A model generated the notes under the pieces. It saw nothing but the letters and a program-made list of their open reading frames with translations. It was not told the origin of the DNA and did no database searches. Source: Asterias rubens (taxonomy: Eukaryota). Taken from it: DNA of 64,000 nt. Below, piece after piece: positions 62,941 to 64,000 of the stretch. Position 1 is the first letter of the stretch, and every line of letters starts with the position of its first letter. A program made the position numbers and the translations under genes. The DNA is taken from positions 3,906,001 through 3,970,000 of the forward strand of contig NC_047062.1 of NCBI RefSeq assembly GCF_902459465.1, read 5' to 3'.

Positions 62941-63826
62941 TGACCCATGGTCACTAAAGACATGTGTTTGCATTGAGACAAAGAATAAAATTATATACAA
63001 TTCGGTGAACCAAAAGGTATGTGGTTGAGTAAGAGAACAACAAATTATAACATAGCCTAAGTCTCAATGCACAAATCATCAGTTTCACATTTACCACATC
63101 CATCAGTTTACTCCAACCCTGATCACAAACTATGAAGCCAACATGCCTGCACCAGCCATTGACCAAAAAAAAGTGACATGACCTTTGACTTCTTATGGTA
63201 CCACCATTTTATCTAAACGGTTGAATTTCTATAACAGAACAATGGGGGGAAAAAACTACTCTAAAACATTTGCTGGTAGTAATTTTAGACACAAGGCCCC
63301 CATCATTCAACAGCACATAAGCGTAATATATACAGGTATATCCAAAGACCTGGCAGGTGAATATCAACTGTGTTAATGAACATCTTTACTCTGATGCCTG
63401 TCAAAATGAACATCATAAGGTCAAGATGAGAACTATTGAACCCTGCCCTGGGTAAGGATCTTTCAAAAACCTTGGCTTTAAAACTGACCTCATCTATTTG
63501 AGAAATAAAACAGCACTCATGGCCTATGTGTAATCAGCGTAATCTGAACAGACCCATTTACTTTTGTTGTAAATTGAAACGAGGGCATATTCCCATGTTC
63601 AATTGGTACGTCATATGACTAAGGCCTACTCGTCAAATGTATGAACCTAAATCAGAGTACACATTTTTGCTGCAATTTGAACCGTCAGCAAACATTCTAA
63701 GTATGTAATTTGAAGTCATCAAAATGAAGTCATCCTAAGCATGAAATTTGTTCCTTGGAAAAAAAGGAGGACCATTTCATCGAGTACAAGGGCTGCCCTA
63801 CATGTGCACATGGTGCAGGCTCAAAT

Positions 63827-64000
63827 TTAAAGGCTGTGGACACTATTGGTAATTTCTCAAAATAATTAATATCATAATCCCTTTCTTGTTTACGAGTAAT
63901 GGGGAGAGATTGATAGTATAAAAAAAAATTGTGGGAAACAGCTCCCTCTGAAGTGAAGTTGTTTTCGAGAAAGAAGTAATTTTCAACGAATTTGATTTCG
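63827..64000. mobile_element. Family A MITE (runs off window end)
   Basis: ttaaaggctgtggacactattggtaatt... Confidence 0.88.

Noticed and set aside
118-63376. Remaining entries of the six-frame ORF track
   Set aside because: All are short, many use non-ATG starts or overlap MITEs/SINEs; consistent with chance in non-coding DNA.

Overview
AT-rich, repeat-dense animal genomic DNA. The repeat families look marine-invertebrate/echinoderm-like, but that is inference and the taxon cannot be confirmed. There is no long ORF and no host gene I can name; I see only a few candidate exons and a decayed C-type-lectin-like fragment. The window is dominated by non-autonomous DNA transposons (at least five TTAA-flanked Kolobok/T2-type MITE families, Harbinger-type and hAT-type MITEs, foldback hairpins), tRNA-derived SINEs, L2-like LINE tails and a ~1.9-kb variant minisatellite. 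Two things stand out. (1) Two recent, independently inserted ~670-bp Penelope-like fragments share the same ends; each has a GIY-YIG C-terminus and a minimal hammerhead ribozyme. (2) Small elements carry a tRNA-like cloverleaf in the middle, lack a hammerhead, and are terminally redundant or concatemeric: an apparently identical 11.66 x 318-bp array flanked by an 18-bp direct repeat, a diverged permuted monomer of it, and a second family with a 12-bp TSD. My hypothesis is a retrozyme-like class copied from circular or multimeric RNA, in which a tRNA mimic replaces the ribozyme as the processing signal. All coordinates and alignments were done by eye.
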